From the NCBI GenBank assembly GCA_038127595.1, contig JAYPIC010000001.1, positions 2,618-66,617 of the forward strand: DNA of 64,000 nucleotides, written 5' to 3'. The DNA comes from a bacterium (GTDB taxonomy: Bacteria > Fidelibacterota > Marinisomatia > Marinisomatales > UBA1611). The position numbers were made by a program, and so were the translations under genes. A model generated the notes under the pieces. The model ran no database searches. It was not told the DNA's origin and saw only the letters and a program-made list of their open reading frames with translations. Below, in pieces: positions 28,594 to 38,900 of this stretch; positions within the stretch are counted from its first letter, which is position 1; each line of letters starts with the position of its first letter.

Positions 28594-29208
28594 TTATTTT
28601 AATCTGAAGTTAACTGGTATTGAAATCCAGACACCAACAGCTCTTTCTCTTTGTTTCGCAGGCCTAAACCTTGTTTTTCTAATTGCCTCCATTGCTGCTT
28701 CATCAAGTCCAGTATTTGGAATTCCTTTTAGGATAATAGTTTCTTTCACTCTTCCTTTTTGATCTATAAATGCTTGAACTACAACGACTCCTTCTATTCC
28801 AGCTTCTTGAGCAATTTCGGGGTATATCGGTCTTATTGCGCTTATTGGTTTTGGAGGGTCATCGTAAGGAATAAACTTTACTTTTGGGCCACTAGGTGCA
28901 GGAGGAGCGTCCCAAGCTTCAAAATCATCAAAATCTAGATCATCTAATGTTACATCATCTGCAATATCTTCATCGTCTGTAGGTACTGGTATGGAAGGCC
29001 TTGCTGGTGGAGGCGTATTGTCTATCTGTTGAGTCTGTGGGATGTCGATATTTTCAATTACAATTTGATCCACAGTACCAAATTCAGATTCTGTAACAAA
29101 TCTTGGGAATACTAAAAATATTAATACTAAACTAAATATACCACAAAGCCCTGCAATTCTAACAGTTATTGGATACTTACCTTTTAATGGGTTTGTATTT
29201 AGTTTCAT
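28594..29208 (-). CDS. tonB: Energy transducer TonB
   Basis: N-terminal TM, Pro/acidic linker, TonB_C motif YPEIAQEAGIEGVV...F-x-PA-x-Q...IPVNFRL. Confidence 0.9.
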   Translation of the reverse strand: MKLNTNPLKGKYPITVRIAGLCGIFSLVLIFLVFPRFVTESEFGTVDQIVIENIDIPQTQQIDNTPPPARPSIPVPTDDEDIADDVTLDDLDFDDFEAWDAPPAPSGPKVKFIPYDDPPKPISAIRPIYPEIAQEAGIEGVVVVQAFIDQKGRVKETIILKGIPNTGLDEAAMEAIRKTRFRPAKQRERAVGVWISIPVNFRLK

Positions 29209-29618
29209 TAGCGAACTAGTGTTTTCGTACTATAATTAAGTTTTAGAGCATCCGCTTCTCTTAACTCTTCATGTATAGAGGAAATGAGTTCCATTTTTGC
29301 CTCTTCATCAGCTTTTAGAGAAACAATTAGTTGCGGATCTGACACTCTTTTTTCATACATTATTTTAGCGACATCTTGTACCGCAAAAAGTCTATCATTT
29401 ATTGATACTAGTCCTTCTTTGGAAACCCAAATGTGGGCAGTGTGACGTTTACCTTTTAATTTTTCTATTTTTTCAGCTTTTGGAATATTTACCGGTAGTC
29501 CAGAGTATTCACGCAGAACCGTGGTGACCATGAAAAATATTAGAAGCATGAATATAATATCAGGCATTGATGATGTCGGAATTTCGCTTGATAATTGTGT
29601 TTTTCTTGAAAAGTTCAT
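29208..29618 (-). CDS. exbD: Biopolymer transport protein ExbD
   Basis: SMPDIIFMLLIFFMVTT TM with the conserved Asp; LKAD motif. Confidence 0.92.
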   Translation of the reverse strand: MNFSRKTQLSSEIPTSSMPDIIFMLLIFFMVTTVLREYSGLPVNIPKAEKIEKLKGKRHTAHIWVSKEGLVSINDRLFAVQDVAKIMYEKRVSDPQLIVSLKADEEAKMELISSIHEELREADALKLNYSTKTLVR

Positions 29619-30016
29619 TAGTTTGAATTTGCTATGGATATTTTTTTTGCATTTGCAATTTTTAATTGATCTATTACTCTAACATAATCACTGTAAGCAG
29701 TTTTTGGATGAGCTTTTACAGAAACAATCAATAGTGGGTTTTGACTCAATCTCTTCTTAACAATTCTGTTAATTTGTTCTACATCTGTTGGTTCTTCGTC
29801 AAGTAGAACCTTACCCTGTGAATTAATTAGACAATTAAGAATATTCTTTTTTTGAATTTCTATTTCAACATCACCTGCTGGTGGGAGCACGATACCTAAG
29901 CCTTTGTCGGTATCTATTGTTGTGGTAACAAGAAAAAACACCAATAACAGGAAAGCTATATCTGCCATGGATCCAGTCGGGATTTCTCCCCCCTTAAAAC
30001 GACGATTCCTAATCAT
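29618..30016 (-). CDS. exbD: Biopolymer transport protein ExbD (second copy)
   Basis: SMADIAFLLLVFFLVTT. Confidence 0.9.
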   Translation of the reverse strand: MIRNRRFKGGEIPTGSMADIAFLLLVFFLVTTTIDTDKGLGIVLPPAGDVEIEIQKKNILNCLINSQGKVLLDEEPTDVEQINRIVKKRLSQNPLLIVSVKAHPKTAYSDYVRVIDQLKIANAKKISIANSN

Positions 30017-30026
30017 TCAACAAAAA

Positions 30027-30632
30027 TTATTTTGAGTCTTGTAAATATTCTACAATTTTAATTGATTGCTCTTCCATATCTAAGATAAGCTTATCTATCA
30101 TTGATACAAAAAAGTTCTGTGAAACTTGCATTATCATTGCTACAATAAGACCAAAGGCTGTAGTTAAAAGAGCCTGGGAAATACCACCTGCAACAACAGC
30201 AGGAGATATATCGTTGGCCATTTTAATATCTTCAAATGCTTTGATCATACCTACAACGGTTCCTGTAAAACCAAGCATAGGTGCTATGGTAATTACTGAG
30301 TTAATCCAGATCATATTTTTTTCAAGAAAAGCCATTTCTAAACCACCAGCATTTTGTACTGCTTTTTCAATTTCTTCTTTCTGTTTCCCCATTTTTGAAA
30401 GCCCTGCTAAAAATATTGATGCAACAGGTCCTGGTGTGGATTCACAAAACTCGATAGCTTTATCTTTTCCTGAGTCATCATAAACACTTTTTACATCTTC
30501 AAAAAACTTATTTGTATCAGAGCTTGAATTAACCAGTGAATAGGCTCTTTCTCCTACTACAGCTAAGCCAAATAGTAGAGCTATAAGAATTGGCCACATA
30601 AAGCCACCACCTTGTACAAAAAAATCAACCAT
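30027..30632 (-). CDS. exbB: MotA/TolQ/ExbB proton channel
   Basis: APMLGFTGTVVGMI, GGISQALLTTAFGL. Confidence 0.92.
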   Translation of the reverse strand: MVDFFVQGGGFMWPILIALLFGLAVVGERAYSLVNSSSDTNKFFEDVKSVYDDSGKDKAIEFCESTPGPVASIFLAGLSKMGKQKEEIEKAVQNAGGLEMAFLEKNMIWINSVITIAPMLGFTGTVVGMIKAFEDIKMANDISPAVVAGGISQALLTTAFGLIVAMIMQVSQNFFVSMIDKLILDMEEQSIKIVEYLQDSK

Positions 30633-30708
30633 TTATTACCTCCATAATTATGAGTTTATATTTTTAAAAAATTTAAATATCCAATTTTATTTATAATCAG
30701 CTTATAAT

Positions 30709-32325
30709 TTAATTACGGTAACCCAAGAATGCATTAGCTTCGTTAAAATATTTTAGCGCTTCAGAAACTTGATTATCAAGAGCTAGTCTTATGCTAGCAG
30801 ATTCATCTTTTCCCCATATTGTTCCAGCAATTTCACTTTTTATTCTATTGTTGATAAATGTCCTATCCATTTCGAGAGAGTCTGCTATGAAAGAAATAGA
30901 ATCGCTATCAAGATAATCTAAAAATTGTGAGTATATAGCTTGATTTACTTCCCAGTTCTTTTTAAACCTTGTAAAAGATTCATATCCTAAATCATTCTGA
31001 GTAGCATAAGAAGAAGAAAAATTAAAGATCGGTCTTTCAGGGTTACGTAAAAGCTTTTGCGTTTCTTTTGTTAATTTACTTTTATATGGAATGTATTTGT
31101 CTGGCGTTATTCCGCCACCGCCATATACTGTGCGACCATTTCTTGTTTTATATTGAGGTCTCAATTTTCTAAGACTATCTAATACTGATTCTCTGTCGTT
31201 AGCATAGAGTTCTTTGTAGTATGTCAAGTCATCACCTTCTTCATATGGTCTTTGGATTAATCGACCACTTGGAGTATAATACCTTGCCATTGTTATTCGA
31301 ATTGCAGAGCCGCCTTCAAGTGGCAATTGCCTTTGTACCAATCCTTTCCCAAAACTAGTTTCGCCAACAATCAATCCCCTGTCAAGGTCTTGGACTGCAC
31401 CAGAAACTATTTCGCTCGCACTAGCTGAACCTCGGTTTATCAAGACTATGAGTGAAAAATCATCTCTCCCTTTTTTTGGATCAGAGATGAAAGCTTGATT
31501 TGAATCTGAAATTTTTCCTTTTGTATAAACCAGTGTGTCCTTCGTTGAAATAAATAAATTAGACACTGCTGCTGCTTGTTCTAAATATCCACCACTGTTT
31601 CCGCGTAAATCAAAAATTAGTTTTTTAAAATTTTGTTTATCTAGTTTATCAATGGCCTTATTTACTTCATCAATGGTGGTAGCTGAAAACCTCCTCAATA
31701 ATATGTAACCAGTATCTTCATCAAGCATTGTAGCCGCACCGACACTATATATTGGAATGTCGTCTCTGATTATAGTAACATCAAAAGGTTCTTCTTGGCC
31801 AATGCGCTGTACTGATATATCAACTTTAGTGCCTTTTCTTCCCCTAAGTTTTTTTACAACTTCATCTTTTGTTATTTTGTAAGCATCTTCTCCATTAATT
31901 GCAACTATTCTATCGCCAGACTGAAGTCCAGCATAGTCCGATGGACTATCAGGAACCGGAGAAATCACTGTTATATAACCATGAAGCACATCAAACTCAA
32001 TCCCAATTCCTTGAAAATTTCCTCTGAATAGTTCATCTATATTTTCTTGCTCTTTGGCTGGTATATAAGTCGAATGCGGGTCTAGTTCCTCCATTAATCC
32101 ATGGAAAGCACCATCCATTATCTTATCCATGTCAACGGCATCAAAATAAAAGTGATCAACATAAGATATAATTTGCTGCATGACCATTATTTTATTTTTT
32201 AAAATTTTATATATGTTTTTGTTTTTAGAATATGCTTCCGGCATAAAAATTATGACAGCGATTATGAACCCAAATATGGCAGAGGTAACCATTGGCCAAA
32301 TACGATTGACTTGATTTTTTGACAT
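30709..32325 (-). CDS. S41A carboxyl-terminal processing protease (CtpA/Prc family)
   Basis: LDPHS, PDZ GIGI, DLRGNSGG, SASASEI (catalytic Ser), FGKGLVQ, YYTPSGR. Confidence 0.93.
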   Translation of the reverse strand: MSKNQVNRIWPMVTSAIFGFIIAVIIFMPEAYSKNKNIYKILKNKIMVMQQIISYVDHFYFDAVDMDKIMDGAFHGLMEELDPHSTYIPAKEQENIDELFRGNFQGIGIEFDVLHGYITVISPVPDSPSDYAGLQSGDRIVAINGEDAYKITKDEVVKKLRGRKGTKVDISVQRIGQEEPFDVTIIRDDIPIYSVGAATMLDEDTGYILLRRFSATTIDEVNKAIDKLDKQNFKKLIFDLRGNSGGYLEQAAAVSNLFISTKDTLVYTKGKISDSNQAFISDPKKGRDDFSLIVLINRGSASASEIVSGAVQDLDRGLIVGETSFGKGLVQRQLPLEGGSAIRITMARYYTPSGRLIQRPYEEGDDLTYYKELYANDRESVLDSLRKLRPQYKTRNGRTVYGGGGITPDKYIPYKSKLTKETQKLLRNPERPIFNFSSSYATQNDLGYESFTRFKKNWEVNQAIYSQFLDYLDSDSISFIADSLEMDRTFINNRIKSEIAGTIWGKDESASIRLALDNQVSEALKYFNEANAFLGYRN

Positions 32326-32354
32326 TTATTTAATGAATTAAATTGAAAAGAGGG

Positions 32355-33248
32355 TTATAACCCAAGATATAGCATAGTCCTAAATGTAACACCGCTTAAA
32401 GTGTACTCTTCAGAGTCTCCGATAAGGTACCTACTGTTAAGTTTCCAACGACCTTGACCAATAGTTCCTTTGTTAAATCCAGCACTTATTCTTAGACCAA
32501 CTCTATCGAGAAGTTGCCATTTAACAGCAACATATGGTTGAAAATTAAAAAATGTACCACTTAGATCAGACATTACTCCTGGTGCATTTGCCGCATTAAA
32601 CCCCGAAATTGGATTGCCAAGGTTATCGACAGCGTAATAATAATTTACAGTCGAATTAGAATCAGCGTCTACGCCAGGTACTTTAGGACCATATGAAAAA
32701 TCAAACATTTCAGTCCATTTAGGGTTTGCCGCATATTGATCAATAGATAAATTCATTCTTCCAAGCCCCATCATGGCTCCAGCAGAAATCTCAAGATCTT
32801 GAAAAACAGGCATAACATATTCTATGGATGCTGCACCAAGTGAAATAGTAATCTTTGCTTCTATTGATGGATCAAAGTTACCATCGTAATCAACTGAATT
32901 ATCGATTTCATTCTGATCGAGAACACCATCTCCATCTGCATCTACAAATAAACGAACGTTAGTGACTGTGCTAATGCTTGAGCTACCAACACCGGCGTAG
33001 CTTCCAATTCTCCATTTTCCTGTCATGTGAGCAAAGCCCTCTCCGCCGTGTACAACAAAAGGAGAGTCGAATTTTTTAGGATCTAATCCCAAGTCTTTTA
33101 ATAGGTCGGTAGCTGGGAAATCCTCAATGTTTATATACATCGGGCTATATCCTATTCCACCACCAAAAAAGTCAGTAACAGGATATAGATCAAATTGACT
33201 GTAAAGTGATGTTATAAAGAATGTTATGCTTGTAATTATTTTTTTCAC
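32355..33248 (-). CDS. Secreted hypothetical protein, probable outer-membrane beta-barrel with an EF-hand-like loop
   Basis: GTG start, signal peptide, alternating Gly/aromatic strands, C-terminal FRTMLYLGL, and loop DADGDGVLDQNE. Confidence 0.6.
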   Translation of the reverse strand: MKKIITSITFFITSLYSQFDLYPVTDFFGGGIGYSPMYINIEDFPATDLLKDLGLDPKKFDSPFVVHGGEGFAHMTGKWRIGSYAGVGSSSISTVTNVRLFVDADGDGVLDQNEIDNSVDYDGNFDPSIEAKITISLGAASIEYVMPVFQDLEISAGAMMGLGRMNLSIDQYAANPKWTEMFDFSYGPKVPGVDADSNSTVNYYYAVDNLGNPISGFNAANAPGVMSDLSGTFFNFQPYVAVKWQLLDRVGLRISAGFNKGTIGQGRWKLNSRYLIGDSEEYTLSGVTFRTMLYLGL

Positions 33249-33372
33249 AATATAAGACCTCTCCGCAATGTATATGAAATCTAGTCAATTTATGTACTAT
33301 CCATTAAATACAAAAGAAAATATATGCTGAATTTTGATCAAAAATAAAAAAAACTAATTTTCGGTCTTTTTC

Positions 33373-33401
33373 TTGGAAAAAATGGTTCTTTAACCTATAT
33401 T
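33373..33401 (+). promoter_or_regulatory. Candidate sigma70 promoter for the FG-GAP gene pair
   Basis: TTGGAA-17 bp-TATATT. Confidence 0.4.
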
Positions 33402-33498
33402 TTTCGCTAGAGTAAACGAGGTAAGGGAGTTTATTTCTATAATCTCCTGTAAAATAGATACGTCTTGACGTGGATAATTGTTCAAGGCAGAAAGTATA

Positions 33499-35910
33499 AT
33501 GATGCGGAAAAATAACATTATTTTTGGTATTTACTGGTGCATTTATGTATCTGTATTGTGCTATGAATCATTGTTAGGTGGTCAACTAAATAGGACTAGC
33601 GGTCTTTATGACCTTGATGGTGATGGTCATAGAGAGGTCCTAGTTATCAGTAGTTCTGATAGGATGGCTGCATTGATTGAATTCAAAGGTAAGGTGATAA
33701 GTGACACTGTTTGGTCTTACACTCTTCCTCAAGGGACTTATTTTACAGATGTTTCCATATTAGACATTGATAACAATGGTCAGCCAGATCTTATCGCATC
33801 TTCAAAAATCAATGCAGATAGTAATGACGATGGTTGGCTTTATGTTTTTCAGGGTACAATGAAAGGTTTTTCAAATATGCCACTGATTGCTGGTCAATCT
33901 GGTCTTGAGTTTGAAAATATCAGGCCTTTAAATCTATCAAGAGTTTATGGAAGTTCATCACAACTTTCCGTTTCATTTGGTACTCCTGTTAGGAAGACTT
34001 TAGTTTTTAACCCCCACATCAAAAACGAACAATTGGAAATCAAAAACGCCAAGGTTTTGAGTGAACCATTAATTCAGAATGGCTTTGGCCATATGTATTC
34101 AGGCGGATTTGTTTCATTTGGCGGCAATTATGTTGCGCAATTTTCAGCAGAGATAAACACTCTTAAGGTTGCTATTTTTAATGCAAATGAAAATTTTAAA
34201 CATGTAACAACTGAAATTTTAAGTTTGGGTAATGCTAGAGGAATCATTGGAGCTGAAGTTCAATCATATAATAATTTAAAAAAAGGTGAGCAGGGGTTAT
34301 TGATACCATTTAGAACCGGTGAAGTAAAAATACTTAATGTTAAATCAGGTAAAGTAAAAATAGATGATTCAGAATTCTCACATGAAGAATTGTTTTTAGA
34401 AATGGAAGACCCAGATAAATCAGAAATTCTAGATTTAGTGAACAATAGAATAGAATCTGGCTTTTATGACAAGACCATTACTAAAGAAGATTATATTAAT
34501 GATAATGAGTTAAAAAAGTTTGGTTTAGTTAAAAAGCCTATTGATGGGCCTACTTTAGTTGATTATTTAAATGAAGCTGGGATAGTGAAAAAGCCTAAAG
34601 ATCGTAAAAGAATTGATATTCCTGCTGAAAGTTCTGATATGAGTAGTGAAATATGGGCTGCAAAAGCATCAGTTAAAGTTGAACAGATAGACTCTACGTT
34701 GCTTTCTTTAAATGATTCTATTTTTAAAAATCCAATACCAGATGAAGATAAAGAAATTGCATTCCACAGGACAGTATTCGGGCCTTCTGATTCTGTTGCT
34801 ATAGCAGAAACATGGGAGGATACATTAAGAAATGTTCTTGTCCCTGAATCCCTTGGCTTGTCTGAAAAAGAAGAAGAAAAAACTGGTATTGACCTTTATT
34901 ATGTAATGGTAATGACGCCATCCAAAGGGAATAAAGATAGATATGTTTTTGATGGTGAAGCGCCATTTGGAATAAATGTCATGCAAGTTCCTCCAATGGG
35001 AGAAGCTACTCATTTCCAGCATAGCGTGTCTGCAAATACAAATTTTTTACGCAGGGGGAATGATTACGATTTTGCATATACCTTAAAAGAGCAAGTCTCT
35101 GATAGTATAACTACTCTTACAATGGTTCATGATATGCAGACCAATATTATCTTTATGTCTATTTCACCAGAAGCAGATTCAATCTCTCAATCTTATCAAC
35201 CAGAAGCATTTGATCCCAAGTTATTTGAATTTCCTGATTACTTTTTTGAAGGTTTCCCGACCAGTTTAGGCATGGATTTTAAAGATAAGCTGATTAAGTT
35301 TTCTTTTGATGACTCTGGAGATAGTGCAAATTACCAGGGGCTTTACCTATCTGCAACCACCCCTTCAAACCCATCTCAATCTCTGGCTGTTTTTTTAAAT
35401 GAAGGTACTTTGCAGGCCATTAGAGGAGAAGTTAAAGTTCGTGAAAATGGTTCTAAAAAAATAACCACTCAATTTGATATTGCTGGTTATCTTGAACCAT
35501 CTGCTATGTTCTCTAGATTGATTCAAGAAGAGTTTTCAGATTCCCTAAAGACTAATTTACTTCAAGGTGCCTATCTAGAAGAGCCTCTCTTTGGCCCTAG
35601 TGGTAAGCTGCCAAAAGTTTCTCATGAAAGAAGAATTCCAGAAGCTCAGTTTGATCAAAAAAATCCTGATATTCCTGTAGATCCTTTAAAAGGAATTTAC
35701 CCAGAGGGTCAGGGCATCATTACAAATTCTAAAGCTAAATTAGAAACGGCTGCTCCTGAACCACAAGGCCCGGTAGATAATCCTTCTGATCCTGATATAG
35801 AAAACGCGATCTCAAGTTCTAAATCGGATACTTTAAATCTTGAAAATGCAAAGAGTGCTTTGCCAGAATCAATCGAGATTAAGACAAATAAGCCTGAGGA
35901 AAACCGATAA
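33499..35910 (+). CDS. Secreted FG-GAP/VCBS-repeat protein with an unknown C-terminal region
   Basis: ATG at 33499 or 33502; hydrophobic N-terminus; YDLDGDGHREV and DIDNNGQPDLI Ca-binding blades; low-complexity C-terminal tail. Confidence 0.7.
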   Translation: MMRKNNIIFGIYWCIYVSVLCYESLLGGQLNRTSGLYDLDGDGHREVLVISSSDRMAALIEFKGKVISDTVWSYTLPQGTYFTDVSILDIDNNGQPDLIASSKINADSNDDGWLYVFQGTMKGFSNMPLIAGQSGLEFENIRPLNLSRVYGSSSQLSVSFGTPVRKTLVFNPHIKNEQLEIKNAKVLSEPLIQNGFGHMYSGGFVSFGGNYVAQFSAEINTLKVAIFNANENFKHVTTEILSLGNARGIIGAEVQSYNNLKKGEQGLLIPFRTGEVKILNVKSGKVKIDDSEFSHEELFLEMEDPDKSEILDLVNNRIESGFYDKTITKEDYINDNELKKFGLVKKPIDGPTLVDYLNEAGIVKKPKDRKRIDIPAESSDMSSEIWAAKASVKVEQIDSTLLSLNDSIFKNPIPDEDKEIAFHRTVFGPSDSVAIAETWEDTLRNVLVPESLGLSEKEEEKTGIDLYYVMVMTPSKGNKDRYVFDGEAPFGINVMQVPPMGEATHFQHSVSANTNFLRRGNDYDFAYTLKEQVSDSITTLTMVHDMQTNIIFMSISPEADSISQSYQPEAFDPKLFEFPDYFFEGFPTSLGMDFKDKLIKFSFDDSGDSANYQGLYLSATTPSNPSQSLAVFLNEGTLQAIRGEVKVRENGSKKITTQFDIAGYLEPSAMFSRLIQEEFSDSLKTNLLQGAYLEEPLFGPSGKLPKVSHERRIPEAQFDQKNPDIPVDPLKGIYPEGQGIITNSKAKLETAAPEPQGPVDNPSDPDIENAISSSKSDTLNLENAKSALPESIEIKTNKPEENR

Positions 35911-35918
35911 ACAACAAG

Positions 35919-38900
35919 ATGAAATATTTTAATTACAAAATAATTTTGTCTGCTATATTTATTTTAGCATTATCATTTTTGAATGCGCAGAAGATTGTAC
36001 ACCTTGAAGGGTCGTATGATTTAGATGGAGATAATTTATTAGAGTTTATCTCCCTTGAGCTAGATCCTGATAAAAATGTTTTCCCAACAGTTGTAAAATA
36101 CAATGAGGTTGATCAAGATGGTTATCAATCATCAATCTGGGAATTTGATGCTCCAAAGGAACTAGATGGTTATTTTGTTGATGCAAAAATAGGTGACTTA
36201 GATGGTGATGGCATTCCAGATTTAATCATTGTAATGAATCTTTCTAGGTTTGGCACGAATTCTACGCCTCATGTTTTTGTAGCTGTATATAGCTGGGAGG
36301 ATGGTTCTTTTTCTGAATTACCTTCAATTACGCTAGATATTGGAAAGCAAGACCGGTCTTTAAGGTGTAATAACTTTTCTATGTTAGATCATGATGCTGA
36401 TGGTGATCAAGAATTAGTTTTATCATTAGGTAGTCCTTATAGAGGTTTTGCAATTTTAGATTTAGACAGCCAAGGGAGATTGGTGATTATTAAAAAAATT
36501 AGACCTGATGAAATGTTAGTTGGGTCTGGGTTGCTATATTCTGCAGTTGTTGATTATGATAATGATGGCTATGAAGATTTACTAGCTATTAGTCCTGAGG
36601 GCAATACAATAAAAGCACAGCCATTTTATAATATTGGTGGCATATTTGATTCCGGGCCTTTGATAAGAAAAAATTTTGAAGGTATAAGTGGAATATTGCA
36701 TAACTCTTTCCAGCTTACTGATTGGGATGCTGATGGATTTAAAGACGTACTAGCACCATTTAGATCTGGAGATATTATAGCATTGACTTTAACTCCTGCT
36801 ACTTTAGTTATTGAAAGAGTGCCTGTCCAACCAGGTCCTCTTACTCAAATTGAAATAGCAGACTTTAACCAAGATAATTACAAAGATTTACTGATGCTTT
36901 CATCTGATATTAATGCCTTAACAATGATTTCAGGCGAAGATGGGGGCATGGAAAGCGTTCGAAATGTTATGTCAAAAGTACCGGAAGAGATGCAAGTCTT
37001 TTCCATGCTTCCTTTGACTAAACTTGGCAAATATACTGGAAGCACTATGGTTTCAGGTTGGGACGGAAATAGTAATTCAATATTTATTTTAGATTTTGGT
37101 AAGAAATCTGCTGAGTACGACCAAGGGTTTTTATTAAGCACAGATTTTATTACTGAACAGTTGCCTGACTTATTATCAAATATAGAGGACATACAGCCTG
37201 AAGTCCCCGAAATTTATGTTGAAGTAATCCCAGAGCAACTTCCTCAATTGCCACAACCTGAAGAAGAAGTAATTACAGAATTAGGCGAACAAAGAATTCA
37301 AAGCGTCCCTCAAGCGCTGGATCCTACTGTCATTGAAGGCGATGTTTTGAAAGAACAGCCTAGATCAGTACCACCGAAGAAGGTCATTCGAACTCTAGAA
37401 AGTCCAAAAACTTTAAAAGAGGAAGAGATGATAGGTCAGCGACTTCCTAAGCATGTTCTTCCTCAATACATATTAACCTTAAATCAACCATTTGAGTATA
37501 TGTTATTGAGGGATACTACAGAAGCATTTCATAGTTTTAGATGGCAAGTTCCGCCGCCTAAAGGAATGTTTTTTCATTACGAAAGTCAAACAATTAGATG
37601 GGTGCCAAATCAAGAGCAGTTGGATGCTTTTCCAGTATCATATTTAGTTAGGGTAAAAGTTGATGAAATTATGGAAGCCTTATCAGCTTCTGGCAGTGTT
37701 AATCAAGAATATAAAACTGTTCCAGTTCTTGAAAGCAGAGATGAACAAGTTTGGATATACGTAAATGATCCGCCAAGATTTTTAACTCAACCTTTAGGTA
37801 CAGAGTTTGTAGCTGGTGGAGTATTTCAGTACGAACCTATAGTTAGAGATAGAAATAAAGATGCATCGTTGCAATTCTTTTTAGAGGTCGCTCCGCCAGG
37901 TATGACAATAAATGATGGTGTTCTTTATTGGAAGTCTGATAGCATAAATGCTGAACAGTATGATGTCAGATTAGTGGTTTCCGATGGATTTGAGAGAGAT
38001 GTCCAAGAATTTCAATTATCTGCCAGATCTGGAATTAGAATTTTATCAAAAGCGCCAACAATGGCCACTGTTGGGGAGAAGTATAATTATGATGTAAAAG
38101 TTTGGAGACAAAGAACTAGTCAAGATGCAAATTATAAATTGTTTTATGGTCCTAGTGGAATGAGAGTAGATAAGAAATCTGGATTGTTAACTTGGGTCCC
38201 AAATGAAACGCAGATCGATACAGTTGAGTATGCCTTGGTCTCCACTCATGGAGTTGCTTCAGATACTCAGTTTGTTAAAGTTTTTGTAAATCATCCTCCA
38301 GTCATCCAAAAGGCGCCAGCTCCAATGACAAAAATAAATGTAGGTGCTATTTGGGATTTTGATTTAATGGCTCAAGACCCAAATAAGAACGATAAACTCA
38401 TTTATACTGCTCATATACTCCCTGAAGGAATGAGAATGGATGCACGTACAGGCCGTCTACATTGGGAGCCTTCTACTGCTCAAGTAGATTTTCATAAACT
38501 TAGAATCGAAGTTTCAGATGGCCATCTTAGTAAGTTTATTGAATCAGAATTTTTTGTGAATGCTCCTATTAAAATAGTTTCTGTACCGACAATGACTGCA
38601 ACAGTCGGTGACGAATACACGTATAAACTAATGACAGTTGATAGGAATAAAGGCGCATTGCTGCCTTTTGATAAAGTTGTAAAAGTTGAGGATGTAAGTA
38701 ACACTAAAATATATAGTATAAATATTTCAGATGATGTTGTAATTCAGAACATTGATAGGTTTCTTGGAGACTGGTATAATGCGAAAGAAGTTTATTACGT
38801 CAACCCAAAATATCCTGCAGATACATTAGTATCTAGAGTCAATTTGAAGCGATATGTTCAATCTGTGTTTTATGAAGATAATAGACTTTGGGTCATTACC

